This document shows positions 10,165 to 21,334 of a stretch of DNA of 64,000 bases, piece by piece. The notes below the pieces were generated by a model, which saw only the letters and a program-made list of their open reading frames with translations, had not been told where the DNA came from and ran no database searches. The first letter of the stretch is position 1. Each line of letters starts with the position of its first letter. Source of the DNA: a virus. Lineage: Duplodnaviria; Caudoviricetes. The stretch is taken from positions 32,001 through 96,000 of IMG/VR virus record IMGVR_UViG_3300037249_000541. The stretch is one strand, 5' to 3'. The position numbers and the translations under genes were made by a program.

Positions 10165-11193
10165 TTAAGAGTTATTATCAAATACGAAATAAAGTTTACC
10201 TTGTTCATAGGTACTTAATGCTTCAAAGTCAGTTTCAGAGATATTGATACCTGAAACTTTCTCTTGGAGTTCCTTACCCCATCTATCAATAGCAATAAGC
10301 ATATAGTTACCATTGTAGATGAATAAACATTTATCCCCTGCCTTGATTACACCTGCTGCAATACGTGAACCTTGGAAGTGGATTTCTTTTGCACCTTGGC
10401 TATTGATATTTAACGTAGCTTGAGCAGGAACGTCATACTGGAAGTAAACAACTACTAAACCTCCATTTACTAAGTTGTAATTGCTTAATGATACAGTCTT
10501 TGCAGCAGTTGTAGCGGCAGTGGTACAAGATGCATAGCCAAATCCAAGGATTTGTGGATTGTACATACTGTCAATGTCAACTCCGTGGCTTACCCAAACC
10601 CAATGAGTTCCATTAAAGATATAATAAACATATTTATTGGCTGCACCATAACAATTACCAGATATTGGACGGTTATTTTCTCCAGTATTATACCATACGG
10701 GATATGCAGAAGTGTTGTTCACCTTTATCTTTCCAGGTTCATCATTTATATGATTGGAATCGTCATTTGCAAACTTCACTGCAATACAACTCCCCACAAT
10801 CGGAGTTTCAACACCATTGACTAATTGAGTAGGGAAGTTAGGGATGTCCACTTGCTTGATGGCTACGTTACCTGCTGTGGAGCAAGTGCCTAAGTAAAAT
10901 CTTGGGGCAATATCAATAGCCTTCTTAATGTTACCACTGTTTACAAGATTGCTACTATTTGCCGTTGGTTCACTATCATATTCCAATACAGGACAAGGGT
11001 ATATTTTTGCGTGTGTGTAAATACAAGACAATGGCTTAATGTAAGCAATGTCTGTATATAGAATATCAGGAGTACCTTCTACAATAGTGTCAGTACCTCC
11101 TGTAAAATAGTGAGTATTTGTTGAATCATAAGAGAATTTCAACGAATTAAACTCACTAAGTGTCTCTATGTGATGTGCCTTTGGTAAAGCCAT
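10165..11193 (-). CDS. Putative fibre protein
   Basis: 342 aa; duplicated C.TA...A.K.V modules; N-terminus shares a D/S.(A/V)YI....IYTH.K motif with the neighbouring fibre. Confidence 0.6.
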   Translation of the reverse strand: MALPKAHHIETLSEFNSLKFSYDSTNTHYFTGGTDTIVEGTPDILYTDIAYIKPLSCIYTHAKIYPCPVLEYDSEPTANSSNLVNSGNIKKAIDIAPRFYLGTCSTAGNVAIKQVDIPNFPTQLVNGVETPIVGSCIAVKFANDDSNHINDEPGKIKVNNTSAYPVWYNTGENNRPISGNCYGAANKYVYYIFNGTHWVWVSHGVDIDSMYNPQILGFGYASCTTAATTAAKTVSLSNYNLVNGGLVVVYFQYDVPAQATLNINSQGAKEIHFQGSRIAAGVIKAGDKCLFIYNGNYMLIAIDRWGKELQEKVSGINISETDFEALSTYEQGKLYFVFDNNS

Positions 11194-11212
11194 TTCCTTT
11201 ATGTTTTAATTA

Positions 11213-12442
11213 TTAATGTTCTACCCAACCCAAATCAGCAATGTTAGCCTTTGCATTAAGTTGAGTTTGAATACTTGATGTAACTCCAGATACGTATCCT
11301 AACTCTGTTGATGTAACATTTGATACTGCAACCTTACCATTAGCATCTGAAATAAGTGCTTTGGATGCTGTAAGGTCATTTGTTGTGATAGTTGTTGCTG
11401 CACCTGTTATAGTTGCTTGCTTTGTTGCAATGGCAGCAGCATTATCTGCAATACCTTTTGCAAGTTTACCTACTGCAATGTCAACTTTATCACCAGCAGC
11501 GGGTTCAGTATATACTTGTGCCTTGGCATAATTGCTTGAAAGCAATACATTATCACCGTTGTACACGATAAACAGTTCTGCAATAGACATCCTGATAACA
11601 GTGTGTGTAGGTTCGCCTTGTACAGTGTTAAATGTAAACTTCAAATACGGAAGTGTCGGATAGTTACTATTAGATGTAGAACCTGTAGCCTCTGTAGCAC
11701 TGGTAAGTTCAGTAATTGTAGAACTGCCACCATCTTCATATGAAGTACCATAGTAAGATATTGTTGTATCATTATCATAGCCTCCCCAATCAGTTACATT
11801 GAATTGGTAAGTAGCAGGAATAGACAACCACTTATTAAATTCAGTTCCTTCGGTTTGGTAAGAATTGTAAGCATCTGGTTTATTATGACCAATGGTAATA
11901 GAAGTCCACTCAGATAAACTACCAGTTGATTGGAACTTCACTATGAATGTTCCTTGATTAGAGAAACTATAGTTATTTTTAGAATCATCAAAGTTGGCAT
12001 TTTTAATTATATATGCTTTATTTGAATCAAGTGTTGGAATTACTTTAAACGTAAAATCTGTATCACCTGCCCCAGTATAAACAATTGAATCAAAATCAGT
12101 AGCATCAAGTTCTACAATAGGATAGTTAGTGCCGTTTACTGAAAGTACAGCACTTGAACCTTCAGGCGTTGTAATAAGTTCAACACTTTCCAACATACCG
12201 TCCTTAATGAACGGAGAAGCATCAAGTTCTGAAATTATAGTACTGCCATTTTTCAGTTGGAGTTTCTGTGTTGCACTGTTGTAGTATTGAGACAGATTAT
12301 TTAATGTCCAAAAATGTCCGTGAGTAAACAATTCCATAGTGTCCTCAATAAACACTACCGAGTTGTTAAATACTGTTGTTGCTCCCCTTGCAGTGTCAAA
12401 TGCTGCCCTTGTAGGGAAATATTCAAATTTAGGTACTGCCAT
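11213..12442 (-). CDS. Putative fibre protein
   Basis: 409 aa; F.KDGML.SV and ELGYVSGVTSSIQTQLNAK fibre motifs; C-terminal GWVEH. Confidence 0.6.
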   Translation of the reverse strand: MAVPKFEYFPTRAAFDTARGATTVFNNSVVFIEDTMELFTHGHFWTLNNLSQYYNSATQKLQLKNGSTIISELDASPFIKDGMLESVELITTPEGSSAVLSVNGTNYPIVELDATDFDSIVYTGAGDTDFTFKVIPTLDSNKAYIIKNANFDDSKNNYSFSNQGTFIVKFQSTGSLSEWTSITIGHNKPDAYNSYQTEGTEFNKWLSIPATYQFNVTDWGGYDNDTTISYYGTSYEDGGSSTITELTSATEATGSTSNSNYPTLPYLKFTFNTVQGEPTHTVIRMSIAELFIVYNGDNVLLSSNYAKAQVYTEPAAGDKVDIAVGKLAKGIADNAAAIATKQATITGAATTITTNDLTASKALISDANGKVAVSNVTSTELGYVSGVTSSIQTQLNAKANIADLGWVEH

Positions 12443-12473
12443 TTTAATTTCTTTTATATTGTTAATAATATTG

Positions 12474-14030
12474 TTAATGTTCTATCCAACCAATTTCAGA
12501 ATCTGTTACATAATGTGAAGTATCTTCTTCTGGTGGAACACATTGTTGCCATTCTTCTGTATCAATATCAATAGTTTCTTGAGATACTCCTTGTACATAT
12601 TCACTACTCAAATAAAGGAAATCACACACTTGTTTGTAATGTTCTCCATTATAATCAAGTGCTAACAATAGATATTGATTATTAGCCACATCATTGTAAC
12701 AATATATTTTCCTACCATCAGTGCTTTTGAATATAACTATATCTGACTCTTGGAAAAACTCTTGAACAATTGGAGTGGATATTTTCGCATAAAGTTCTGG
12801 ACCAGACCTGTCAGTATATATAATTCTACGTGGGTATTTAATGCCTTGATATGTAGAATAATATACAGTTTCTACTTTAAGAAAATGGTATGTGTTCTCA
12901 CTTCCGCCTATCCAATATAAACCGATTGCATTTTCTTTTATTTCATAATTATTTCCATCCTGATATACATTTATACAGCCACCCCCACTTGTATAACTCC
13001 AAGTTGATGCTTTAAGTATATTTCCAGAAACTTCATCTGTTTCGTTTGTTTTATAATATATACCCCTCGTAATGCCACATACCGATAGACCAGTATCGGA
13101 ATCCACCCACTGACCATTAACATTAATATAATCAGTACCAGATGGTATTACAATCTGTGTTCCTACTTTTTTATAATTGAAGCCATTAGTGTACTTAGAG
13201 TTTGTTTCTCCTATATACTGTACTATCTTGCCCTCAGATGCTTGAAAGTTATCCAAGTCATCTACTTGTTCAAGATATTTACCTGTATATACAGTACCAT
13301 CATTCCTTAAAAGACCCTCAATATCACTTTTACGTACAAGGTCAGTAGGCTTGTTTAATATTTGTGATTTACCTGATTCAGAGTTCCAATCTGCATTTAC
13401 TTGTGCTTCGGGGATTGTAGGCTTATTTTGTATAAACGCTTTGGAAGATTCATTACTCTCATTCCAATCAGCCTGTACCTGAGCATCAGGTATCTCAGGC
13501 TTATTCAAGATATAAGCCTTAGAAGTTTCATCTGTTTCATTCCAATTTGATTGCACCTGTTGGATTGGATTATGTTCAATATAATCTTCTACTGCTTCTA
13601 TTACATTATCAGATATATTTTGTATATTATTTTCGTAATCACTCTTTAAAAGGAAAGGGTAGGATTTTAAATTACGGCGGTCAATAATGGCTGCACTATC
13701 TTCCAGTAGAAGAACAGGTTCTGGGTTTGGATATAACTCTTCTATACAAAGGATGTGTATATACTCTCTAAAGCCATTAAACTTGCTGTTTTGGATAAAT
13801 ACATATTGTGCATTACACAAATCTTTTGCTTGAACAACAGCTACACCTGAGAACTTAGTAACACCTGAAACTTCGTATTTAATAGCCCACAAGCGTAGTG
13901 GATGATGACATTCACATTTATCATTATCACAGCAATGAACTGGTGTAGATGGGTTGTGAACATAATCAGCATTTTGAGGAATCTCATTAGGCTTGTAATT
14001 ACTATCTATATATGTATTTTCATTAGGCAT
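12474..14030 (-). CDS. Putative fibre protein
   Basis: 518 aa; three QV..(D/N)WN......I.NKP repeats; C-terminal GWIEH shared with neighbour. Confidence 0.6.
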   Translation of the reverse strand: MPNENTYIDSNYKPNEIPQNADYVHNPSTPVHCCDNDKCECHHPLRLWAIKYEVSGVTKFSGVAVVQAKDLCNAQYVFIQNSKFNGFREYIHILCIEELYPNPEPVLLLEDSAAIIDRRNLKSYPFLLKSDYENNIQNISDNVIEAVEDYIEHNPIQQVQSNWNETDETSKAYILNKPEIPDAQVQADWNESNESSKAFIQNKPTIPEAQVNADWNSESGKSQILNKPTDLVRKSDIEGLLRNDGTVYTGKYLEQVDDLDNFQASEGKIVQYIGETNSKYTNGFNYKKVGTQIVIPSGTDYINVNGQWVDSDTGLSVCGITRGIYYKTNETDEVSGNILKASTWSYTSGGGCINVYQDGNNYEIKENAIGLYWIGGSENTYHFLKVETVYYSTYQGIKYPRRIIYTDRSGPELYAKISTPIVQEFFQESDIVIFKSTDGRKIYCYNDVANNQYLLLALDYNGEHYKQVCDFLYLSSEYVQGVSQETIDIDTEEWQQCVPPEEDTSHYVTDSEIGWIEH

Positions 14031-14379
14031 TTTCTTTATCGTCTATTGTTTTTATAATAACATCGTCAGAATTAGTTATTCTCTTAGGGCAGTTTGCTCT
14101 CATACAATTATATCTTAGCATAAGTTCTACCTGCGCTTTGAGAATAGTAAGCTCGCTTTTAAGTTGTAAATTTTCATCCAATACTTCTTTTAGTTTTGCT
14201 TGATTTTCTTTTATTCTGTCTTTGTTATCATCCGAAATTTGTTTGTAAATATCAAGAGCTTCTTTTAATCCTGATATAACAGAATTATCTACCTCTGCAT
14301 TATATTTACGTCTGGCTAAAAACCAAGCTAATACAGAAGAACACGCTGCTACAATTCCATTTAATATTATATCATTCAT
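14023..14379 (-). CDS. Holin-like membrane protein
   Basis: N-terminal hydrophobic helix followed by RRK and a coiled coil. Confidence 0.45.
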   Translation of the reverse strand: MNDIILNGIVAACSSVLAWFLARRKYNAEVDNSVISGLKEALDIYKQISDDNKDRIKENQAKLKEVLDENLQLKSELTILKAQVELMLRYNCMRANCPKRITNSDDVIIKTIDDKENA

Positions 14380-14381
14380 AA

Positions 14382-14594
14382 TTACTCTTTACTTGTTTTA
14401 CTTGATTTCTTTTTAAGAGTTTCTAACTCTTTTTTAGTTGTATTTAACTCGTCTATTAATTTGTTTATTTTAGATGTTAATGTAGTACCGTCAGACATAA
14501 ATACACTGTCTGAAATAGTTGTTGGTGCTACTGGTACATCTGCTTTTATTCTTGCATTGGCAATATTTTTGCCATAAAGTTGTATTGCTATCAT
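14382..14594 (-). CDS. Small hypothetical protein
   Basis: 70 aa ORF between portal and holin-like gene. Confidence 0.45.
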   Translation of the reverse strand: MIAIQLYGKNIANARIKADVPVAPTTISDSVFMSDGTTLTSKINKLIDELNTTKKELETLKKKSSKTSKE

Positions 14595-14604
14595 AATAGT
14601 TTAA

Positions 14605-17193
14605 TTATTTAGAATTATTATTACGTTTTTGCATCCTTTGGACGTTTATTTGTTTTTCTTTAAGCATTTTATCTTGACTTAACTTTTTCTCGTTAAATCG
14701 AAGATTTTGTTCGTTATTTATTCTTGTGTCTTTTAATTTATCATCAGTTTGTTTTGCTTTTATATCAAATTGTCTTTTTTGTTCTTCGAGTTGAGCTATT
14801 CTTACAGCTAAATCACCGCCACCATCATCTGCACCTTCTATTTGCATAGCAGTAGTCTGAACTTTATTGTTGGCTTGAATATTTGCAACTTCAATCTTTG
14901 TTTCATTATCCCTCTGGTTCATTAATTCTTGTAGCTGCAATTGTTGCTGTTGTAATTGCATTTGCATCTGAACAGCCTCTTGCTGTTGCTGTAATTGTTC
15001 TTGCTGTGATTGTTGTGCTTGCTGAATCTTCTCTTGTTCATCCTTTTCAACCATACGTTGTTTCTCTGCAAGAGATGCAGTACCATATAGTTTCATTATA
15101 GTAGAAAATGATAATACTTGGTTTTGTAATGCAGCCTGAGCAAGCATTTCCATATTTTGTTTTAGTGTCTGAGAAGCGTCGGAATTATCAACAACAAGAC
15201 CGTAATCACATTCAGCAAATTCATCTCCATCAATATCTATCAACTTATTGGCAAAATCATCTGATATATATTGGAATTTCTTTGATTTGCCCTTCATTGC
15301 AATCTTTGCTGTTTCAAGAAAAGCTTCAAGAACTCTCTTGATTGTATCTTCGTGCTTTAAAAACAACCATTCAGTAATATAAGAAGATTGTAACGTTGCT
15401 CTTTCTACGCCACCAACAGTTTCTCTGTTACTTACTTGACCTTCTCTTTGCCTTGAAATACCAACTATTTCAGACATTACATTACGTACATATTCAAGTA
15501 TTTCAGTATAAGCTCTTATAACTTCCATCTGAGAAGCCTGTATGCCACCAACAGAGTTGTTATTCAAAGCTCCTGCGAGTTTGCCAGTAGCAGAACCTAT
15601 ATTACCTTCATTAAATGAATCTTGAATTAATATACCAAGAGTTTTAGCATAATGCATATATTTTTCAAAAGACCATCCTCTTGGCATTTTAGCAAGGTCA
15701 ACATTTACCAGAAAACCATAATCCCTTGCGATAAATCTTTCCATCTTCGCATGAATAACATCATACAAATATGCGTATGGCTTCATCATATCTACGAGAG
15801 AGAATGGTTTGTTTTCGTTAAGTGAGTAAATTGTACCAACTATACCAAAACTACATTTTGATGGATTAGATATGGAATTATATTGAACTGGGCAAGGTCT
15901 AATGTTAACATATATATCTTTACCTATCTTTGTACCTTCCCAAGCTTGGTTAATCCAATATATTTTCTCCGTTTCACCTTTTGCTTTATCAATGATATAG
16001 TCTTCATCATAGAACTTTTGTATCTCCTCGCCAGTTTGTGGGTCGTAAGAAGTAACCTTCTTTATCTTTCTTCTTGACTTCCAGTACATCCTTAATACCC
16101 TTATATTGCCTTCACCGTCAAATGGAGATAACTGTGATATTGCTGCATCACCGTAAGCTGCTGCTGGATTGAAATATATGTCATCTTCTGGGTTAACAAT
16201 AACATCTGTAATCATTGGTCTTCTGACGAATCCTTGTCTTTCATCAATACTATTCATATTATCTGGACTTGCAGGTTCGCCAGTAGCACCCATTTGTTCA
16301 AGCTTTTTAACATCGCTTGGTGTTAAAGCATCGTAGAAAGTATCATATATAGCACCAAGTCCCCAATAGTCTTCTATGATTATAACATCAGCATCTTCTA
16401 TTTTATTTGAATAACCACAACCAAATGCTGATACCTTAAGGTTATTAAGTCTTTTTACTCTTGGTTCCCCACCAACTATCTCACATTGATACAATTCCTC
16501 ACCAACTGTCATAGCATCCATAAGACCATCATTGAACATAACATTAAAGTTTTGCTCCTTTGAATAGTGATGAAGAAGCGTATTACCTCTCATCTCTCTT
16601 ATGTCCTGATATTGGTAAGTATAGTAATCTGTTATTCTTTTTAACTTTTCTTCAAAAGCTTGTTGAGCCTGTCCTTGTTGATAAGCAGACTGCTGTGGTT
16701 GCTGACCTTGTTCTTGCGCTTGCTGTTGCTCCATCTGCTGTTGCTGCTGCTCCATTTGCGCTTGTTGATACAATTCAGCATTCTGCTCTTTTATTAATTC
16801 TAAAACGGCATTATATACTTCATCCTTTTTCTTTGTTTCAATTTCAGATATAGATGTAGGGTTAGTAATAATAACCCTGTAATCAAACACTCTTTTGCTT
16901 GCTTCACCTCTTAGTACATTTAATTTTGAATTAATTATAGGATAATGTTGTATCTTATTCGGAATGAAGCTTCCTTTGATTCCATCAGGATTTATAGTAT
17001 TTGCTATATCTTTCATATGTATAATGCCATTCACCAAGTCGTAATTGATTTTCTTATGGATTGCAGTGTTCCTGATTAATCCATAATTCCAATATGACTT
17101 GGTGTCCGCCCAATCAAGATGCTTTTGTCGCCACTCCTTACCTTTACTTCTGAAAGATAATTGTTGTGGCGGGAATGAACTATTTGCAAACAT
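14605..17193 (-). CDS. Portal protein (crAss-type)
   Basis: FPPQQLSF, IQHYPIINSKLNVLRGE, WINQAWEGTKIG, GISRQREGQ...RETVGGVERA motifs; start placed at MFANS (17193), downstream of the promoter element. Confidence 0.9.
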   Translation of the reverse strand: MFANSSFPPQQLSFRSKGKEWRQKHLDWADTKSYWNYGLIRNTAIHKKINYDLVNGIIHMKDIANTINPDGIKGSFIPNKIQHYPIINSKLNVLRGEASKRVFDYRVIITNPTSISEIETKKKDEVYNAVLELIKEQNAELYQQAQMEQQQQQMEQQQAQEQGQQPQQSAYQQGQAQQAFEEKLKRITDYYTYQYQDIREMRGNTLLHHYSKEQNFNVMFNDGLMDAMTVGEELYQCEIVGGEPRVKRLNNLKVSAFGCGYSNKIEDADVIIIEDYWGLGAIYDTFYDALTPSDVKKLEQMGATGEPASPDNMNSIDERQGFVRRPMITDVIVNPEDDIYFNPAAAYGDAAISQLSPFDGEGNIRVLRMYWKSRRKIKKVTSYDPQTGEEIQKFYDEDYIIDKAKGETEKIYWINQAWEGTKIGKDIYVNIRPCPVQYNSISNPSKCSFGIVGTIYSLNENKPFSLVDMMKPYAYLYDVIHAKMERFIARDYGFLVNVDLAKMPRGWSFEKYMHYAKTLGILIQDSFNEGNIGSATGKLAGALNNNSVGGIQASQMEVIRAYTEILEYVRNVMSEIVGISRQREGQVSNRETVGGVERATLQSSYITEWLFLKHEDTIKRVLEAFLETAKIAMKGKSKKFQYISDDFANKLIDIDGDEFAECDYGLVVDNSDASQTLKQNMEMLAQAALQNQVLSFSTIMKLYGTASLAEKQRMVEKDEQEKIQQAQQSQQEQLQQQQEAVQMQMQLQQQQLQLQELMNQRDNETKIEVANIQANNKVQTTAMQIEGADDGGGDLAVRIAQLEEQKRQFDIKAKQTDDKLKDTRINNEQNLRFNEKKLSQDKMLKEKQINVQRMQKRNNNSK

Positions 17194-17211
17194 ATTATTA
17201 TAATTTTTATG

Positions 17212-17219
17212 CAAAAATA
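17212..17219 (-). promoter_or_regulatory. Bacteroidota-type -7 promoter element upstream of portal
   Basis: TATTTTTG on the minus strand directly after the TerL terminator hairpin (17224-17250). Confidence 0.45.
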
Positions 17220-17269
17220 AAAACAAGAGTTGTAGTGTTGCAACTCTTGTAATTATTAAACTATGTTAT

Positions 17270-19540
17270 CTAATAACTTTCAACTTCATTATCGTAAGGA
17301 TTATTGTAATTTTCACTGAAAAAAGGGTCATTGCCTATATAGTCGTCAGGTATATAATTCTTACCAATATCAAGTTGTCCTTGATATAAAACGACCTTCT
17401 CCTCCCTGTAAAGCATAACAAGACCTAATGCTCTAATCCTATCATAGTTGCCTTGCAATGGAGTATATTGTATGCACTCTCTTAACAAAGCTCTATTCTT
17501 TATATTGAATAGATTAGGAACTTGAACTTCTATTTCTTGTCCATTGCTATCTCTTGACATCTTAACAATTGGTTTTAGCATCCATTGTTGAATCAATTTA
17601 TTAGCATAATTGTTTATCGGTAATGTAGCCCTGACACCTTTGGACGTATTACCGTAGCCAACTGATTTGATTAGTTGTTTGTCAACGAGATATTCAGGAG
17701 TGTCAGCAAGTAAATGCAGACAGTTCTTCTGTGAGAAATAAGCAAAGCAACCCTTAATGTTTTGTTCATATAGACATTTGGCATTATAGAAAAGACATAA
17801 CCTTCTTAATACTTCAAAGTTGTCGTCAGCCATTTTCTTCCTGCCAGTATATTCAGCTACTATTCTATCAGTCCATAAATCAAGTACAAATGTTGAAGAA
17901 AGAGAACCTTGTTTATCTTCATCATTATCAACTGGGTCGTGTCCAATAATATATCTGTCTGGTGGAATTTTTCCGTTAACTCCAGTAGCTGGCATCTCGA
18001 ATATTTCTAATGCACCTTCAACAATATTATTGTCATTAACTTTAAATTCCCTTATCGGAGTATCAGTTGTAGGTTTAAATTCAACTTCTCCATTTGGTTT
18101 TACAACAAGTTCTCCTACGTATGTATCATTGTAAAACGATGGATTATTATCTATTTCAAGTAACCTTTCCTGCAATTCTGTTATAGGAAATAGATTGTTA
18201 GCTGTTTGTAATACAGCTTCTTTTGGTGTTATAGGTAATTCTGCCATACGTTTTGTAATCATTCGTATGTCAGTAGAGTTATATTTAACTATGTACCTAT
18301 CTTTAAGTATCTCAAGAAGAGCTTTTATTACGTCGCTATTTCCATTCTCGTCATAACATTCAGCCATATTAAGATATGAAGGAAAGAAATATGTAAAATC
18401 CTTTCTGCCTTGACCTTCCAAATCGTACACATTAGGAAGTTCTTGCATATTGTAGCCTTTTGGATTATACATTATTTCTTGCATAGACGAAAAGTCAGAT
18501 TCATTATCACCAGCGGTACCATACATATATACTTGACCAAACACATTAGTACCATCTTCCACTGATGGCCTAAGCACTGCATATAGTTGTAATAGCCTTG
18601 GAAATGAACCAGCCTCCTCAATTACATACAATTGACCACGAGAACCACGAAGTTTGGATTCATCATCTTTAGAAGTAATGCCTGTAACAGAATTAAGGGT
18701 CCCTTTCTTTGTATTGTTTTCAGCATCAATATATCCCATTGTCCATTGCATATCGTGCAATGAATTTACAAGACGCTTAGCAGGAAATTGCGTGTTATTT
18801 GCAAGAAAGTCTATATAATAAACAAACATATCAAGGACCTGATTGGCACCTTGAATATATTTTCTTTCCGATGCAGTAACAACACATTGAACTTTTTTAT
18901 TTACTTCCTTACTTTCGCCAAGTATAAACCTCTTTGCAATACGTGCTGCCGAGGTATAACTCTTGCCCTTACCTCTGGCTGCCAACATACAGGCATGATG
19001 ACCATTCTCTCTTGCTTGTTCAAGATAATGAAATAAATAATAGTGTCCATCCCATATATTTGGAAAGTCTATAACTCTTTGAGAGCTTTTACTCTTCTTA
19101 CCTTTTGATTTCTTTGATACTTGTATAGGGCAATAGTTTAAAAAGAAATAATAATCACCTGTTATCCATTCTCCATCAGATTTTCTCATATAACCTTCAT
19201 AGCATCTTCTGATTTCTTCTCTTATCCATTTGCCATATTCAGAATTAGGATTACTATTGGGAGCAAGATTTGTATAACATCCATATTTCTTATAATGTAA
19301 TGCTGCTGGCCTGAAATAATCCATGTCTTCAAGTATATGAGGCTTCGTAACATCAACAATAATTCTTCCTTTGTCATCTGTTGGAAGTTCACAAGCTCTT
19401 GGTCTATCTTTTGCTATTAGAGATTTTACAAATGGTATTCCGTTGATTATTTGTAAGAACTGTTCTTGTATTTCTTGTGGATACTTTTCAAGAATCTCGT
19501 CTGTTATTTTACTTTGGTATTTATTAAAATCAAAGTCCAT
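17270..19540 (-). CDS. terL: Terminase large subunit
   Basis: Walker A ARGKGKS, Walker B YVIEEAG, GTAG coupling motif, RNase H-like IIGHDPVD, terminal NYDRI.AL. Confidence 0.93.
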   Translation of the reverse strand: MDFDFNKYQSKITDEILEKYPQEIQEQFLQIINGIPFVKSLIAKDRPRACELPTDDKGRIIVDVTKPHILEDMDYFRPAALHYKKYGCYTNLAPNSNPNSEYGKWIREEIRRCYEGYMRKSDGEWITGDYYFFLNYCPIQVSKKSKGKKSKSSQRVIDFPNIWDGHYYLFHYLEQARENGHHACMLAARGKGKSYTSAARIAKRFILGESKEVNKKVQCVVTASERKYIQGANQVLDMFVYYIDFLANNTQFPAKRLVNSLHDMQWTMGYIDAENNTKKGTLNSVTGITSKDDESKLRGSRGQLYVIEEAGSFPRLLQLYAVLRPSVEDGTNVFGQVYMYGTAGDNESDFSSMQEIMYNPKGYNMQELPNVYDLEGQGRKDFTYFFPSYLNMAECYDENGNSDVIKALLEILKDRYIVKYNSTDIRMITKRMAELPITPKEAVLQTANNLFPITELQERLLEIDNNPSFYNDTYVGELVVKPNGEVEFKPTTDTPIREFKVNDNNIVEGALEIFEMPATGVNGKIPPDRYIIGHDPVDNDEDKQGSLSSTFVLDLWTDRIVAEYTGRKKMADDNFEVLRRLCLFYNAKCLYEQNIKGCFAYFSQKNCLHLLADTPEYLVDKQLIKSVGYGNTSKGVRATLPINNYANKLIQQWMLKPIVKMSRDSNGQEIEVQVPNLFNIKNRALLRECIQYTPLQGNYDRIRALGLVMLYREEKVVLYQGQLDIGKNYIPDDYIGNDPFFSENYNNPYDNEVESY

Positions 19541-20000
19541 GACATTTATTTATATTTGTATTTAATTCTTGCTTTAATAAATTCTGACTTCTTGTAAGGT
19601 CCTCAATAGTTTTATTTCTTTCAAGGTGCATCTTTTCTATTATTGACAATAGATTGTTTTCAAATGCTATTATATCTTTAGGTTTCAATAGAACCATCAA
19701 ATCTTCCTTTGACATTGGCTCGTTATTGTAATACCATACTATTGAATCGTTTTCTTTTTTAAGAGTGATGATATTATAGTCTATATGACTTTCATTTCTT
19801 TTCAAGGGAATTTCCAATTCGTCTATATGAGTATTACGTAATAGTGCTTCTTCAAGGTAATATGTAAGACCTAATATTTTTCCACTAAATTTAGTTATGC
19901 CCCAAAAATATTCTGTTAGAGAATCAATATGATTGTCTTTCTTTTCAAGAAACCATAATACTTGTTCCCATACGTTCTCATTTTTTATAACTTGTGCCAT
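19530..20000 (-). CDS. Hypothetical protein
   Basis: 156 aa ORF coupled to its neighbours. Confidence 0.5.
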   Translation of the reverse strand: MAQVIKNENVWEQVLWFLEKKDNHIDSLTEYFWGITKFSGKILGLTYYLEEALLRNTHIDELEIPLKRNESHIDYNIITLKKENDSIVWYYNNEPMSKEDLMVLLKPKDIIAFENNLLSIIEKMHLERNKTIEDLTRSQNLLKQELNTNINKCHGL

Positions 20001-20905
20001 TACTTATTCATTAAATTGTTAATTTTTTCTGCTATTATCTTAATATCTCCGTGAGGTTTGCCAGTAGTGCCTTTCAGCCTTAAATCAATAATATGATTCC
20101 ATTCATCAGTGGTTGCTGTATAGATAGCTTTTGTATGAGTATCTAATGGAAGTATACCACGGACTTCATCAGTACTAAGCCCCATCCCAAACTCATTATC
20201 AGAACAATTCTTTAAATCGTTTGGCATATCTCTAAGTGATGTCATGTAAAATCTTTCTACTATTTCCATGATACCTTCCCACCATTTTTTATAAGCATAA
20301 CTTTTCGTATCATACCAATAAGGTTTGTTGAAAGCGACTGCATTTCCAAACTTATCCTTAGAGAAGTTGCAATAACGAGTTGATTGTTCACAGATATAGA
20401 AGTTATCGTGATGTCTATTCATTTCACGAGTACAACCAATGGAAGTATCTACAATAAATGATTTGAAAATACTATTTGTGCTGCTTATCTCTCTTAAATA
20501 GTCTAACATTAAATCAATTAGTTCTGTAATAGAATTAATTATCTTTTGTTCTTCTTTAATTTGAATGATACTTTCTACAAGTACCCTACCGTTAATATAT
20601 ACTGATGATTCAGTTTCTACTCTATATTTTGAGTTACCACATCGTGCTATTACAATTTCTTGTATTCTATTTGAATCACCTTTTCCAGTATATATTTTAT
20701 ATAGTTTTTCAAAATCAAAACTTATTATTGCGTGTTCAAATGGACTAAAATGCTTTGACTTAATAAGACTTTCAACAAGTTTCTTATCATCAGTTGTTTT
20801 GTCGCTTGCATAACAGATTCTTGCAGCACGTGCTACTGCTTTATAGAAGTTATCTACTCCTTCAAAGTCTGTTATTTCCTGTACATTTGGTTCAATTATC
20901 TTCAT
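20000..20905 (-). CDS. thyX: Flavin-dependent thymidylate synthase
   Basis: AARICY, H.SPFEH, RE.NRH...QSTRY, RGILP motifs. Confidence 0.9.
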   Translation of the reverse strand: MKIIEPNVQEITDFEGVDNFYKAVARAARICYASDKTTDDKKLVESLIKSKHFSPFEHAIISFDFEKLYKIYTGKGDSNRIQEIVIARCGNSKYRVETESSVYINGRVLVESIIQIKEEQKIINSITELIDLMLDYLREISSTNSIFKSFIVDTSIGCTREMNRHHDNFYICEQSTRYCNFSKDKFGNAVAFNKPYWYDTKSYAYKKWWEGIMEIVERFYMTSLRDMPNDLKNCSDNEFGMGLSTDEVRGILPLDTHTKAIYTATTDEWNHIIDLRLKGTTGKPHGDIKIIAEKINNLMNK

Positions 20906-20926
20906 AATATTTATTTTTTTAATTAA

Positions 20927-21322
20927 TTACCATCCTATTCTAAGCTCTAATGAAACTTCGTTATCTCCATGTGAATTTTCTATAATAGAAATCATTGGAA
21001 ACTTTTTATCTTCTGCTAAACGATTATAACCTTTAATTAAATGTTTTATTATATCTAAAGCATTAGCATTATCATTTATTTCTCTATGACCTACTACAAT
21101 CAAATCTTCTGATTTTCTGCCATATCCACTACTGGTAATACCACCATAATAATAGCCTGTATTAGTATTAGTAAATTCAGGAGCATCTATTGTTTGTGAT
21201 ATTTGTATATATTCCTTAAATGATATAATTTTGTTTTGTAAAGCTAATTGTGCTAATGTTAAAAGGTCGTAATCCTTTATTTTAGCATTTAATAATAATT
21301 GAAGTTCTTCTTTAGTTTTCAT
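20927..21322 (-). CDS. Hypothetical protein
   Basis: 131 aa; shares a YN...FP.I motif with ORFs at 26262 and 26709. Confidence 0.5.
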   Translation of the reverse strand: MKTKEELQLLLNAKIKDYDLLTLAQLALQNKIISFKEYIQISQTIDAPEFTNTNTGYYYGGITSSGYGRKSEDLIVVGHREINDNANALDIIKHLIKGYNRLAEDKKFPMISIIENSHGDNEVSLELRIGW

Positions 21323-21334
21323 AGTTTAATGGTT

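Noticed and set aside
3028-19540. Self-splicing introns or inteins in MCP, portal or TerL
   Set aside because: ORFs are continuous and of expected size, with no intein or homing-endonuclease motifs
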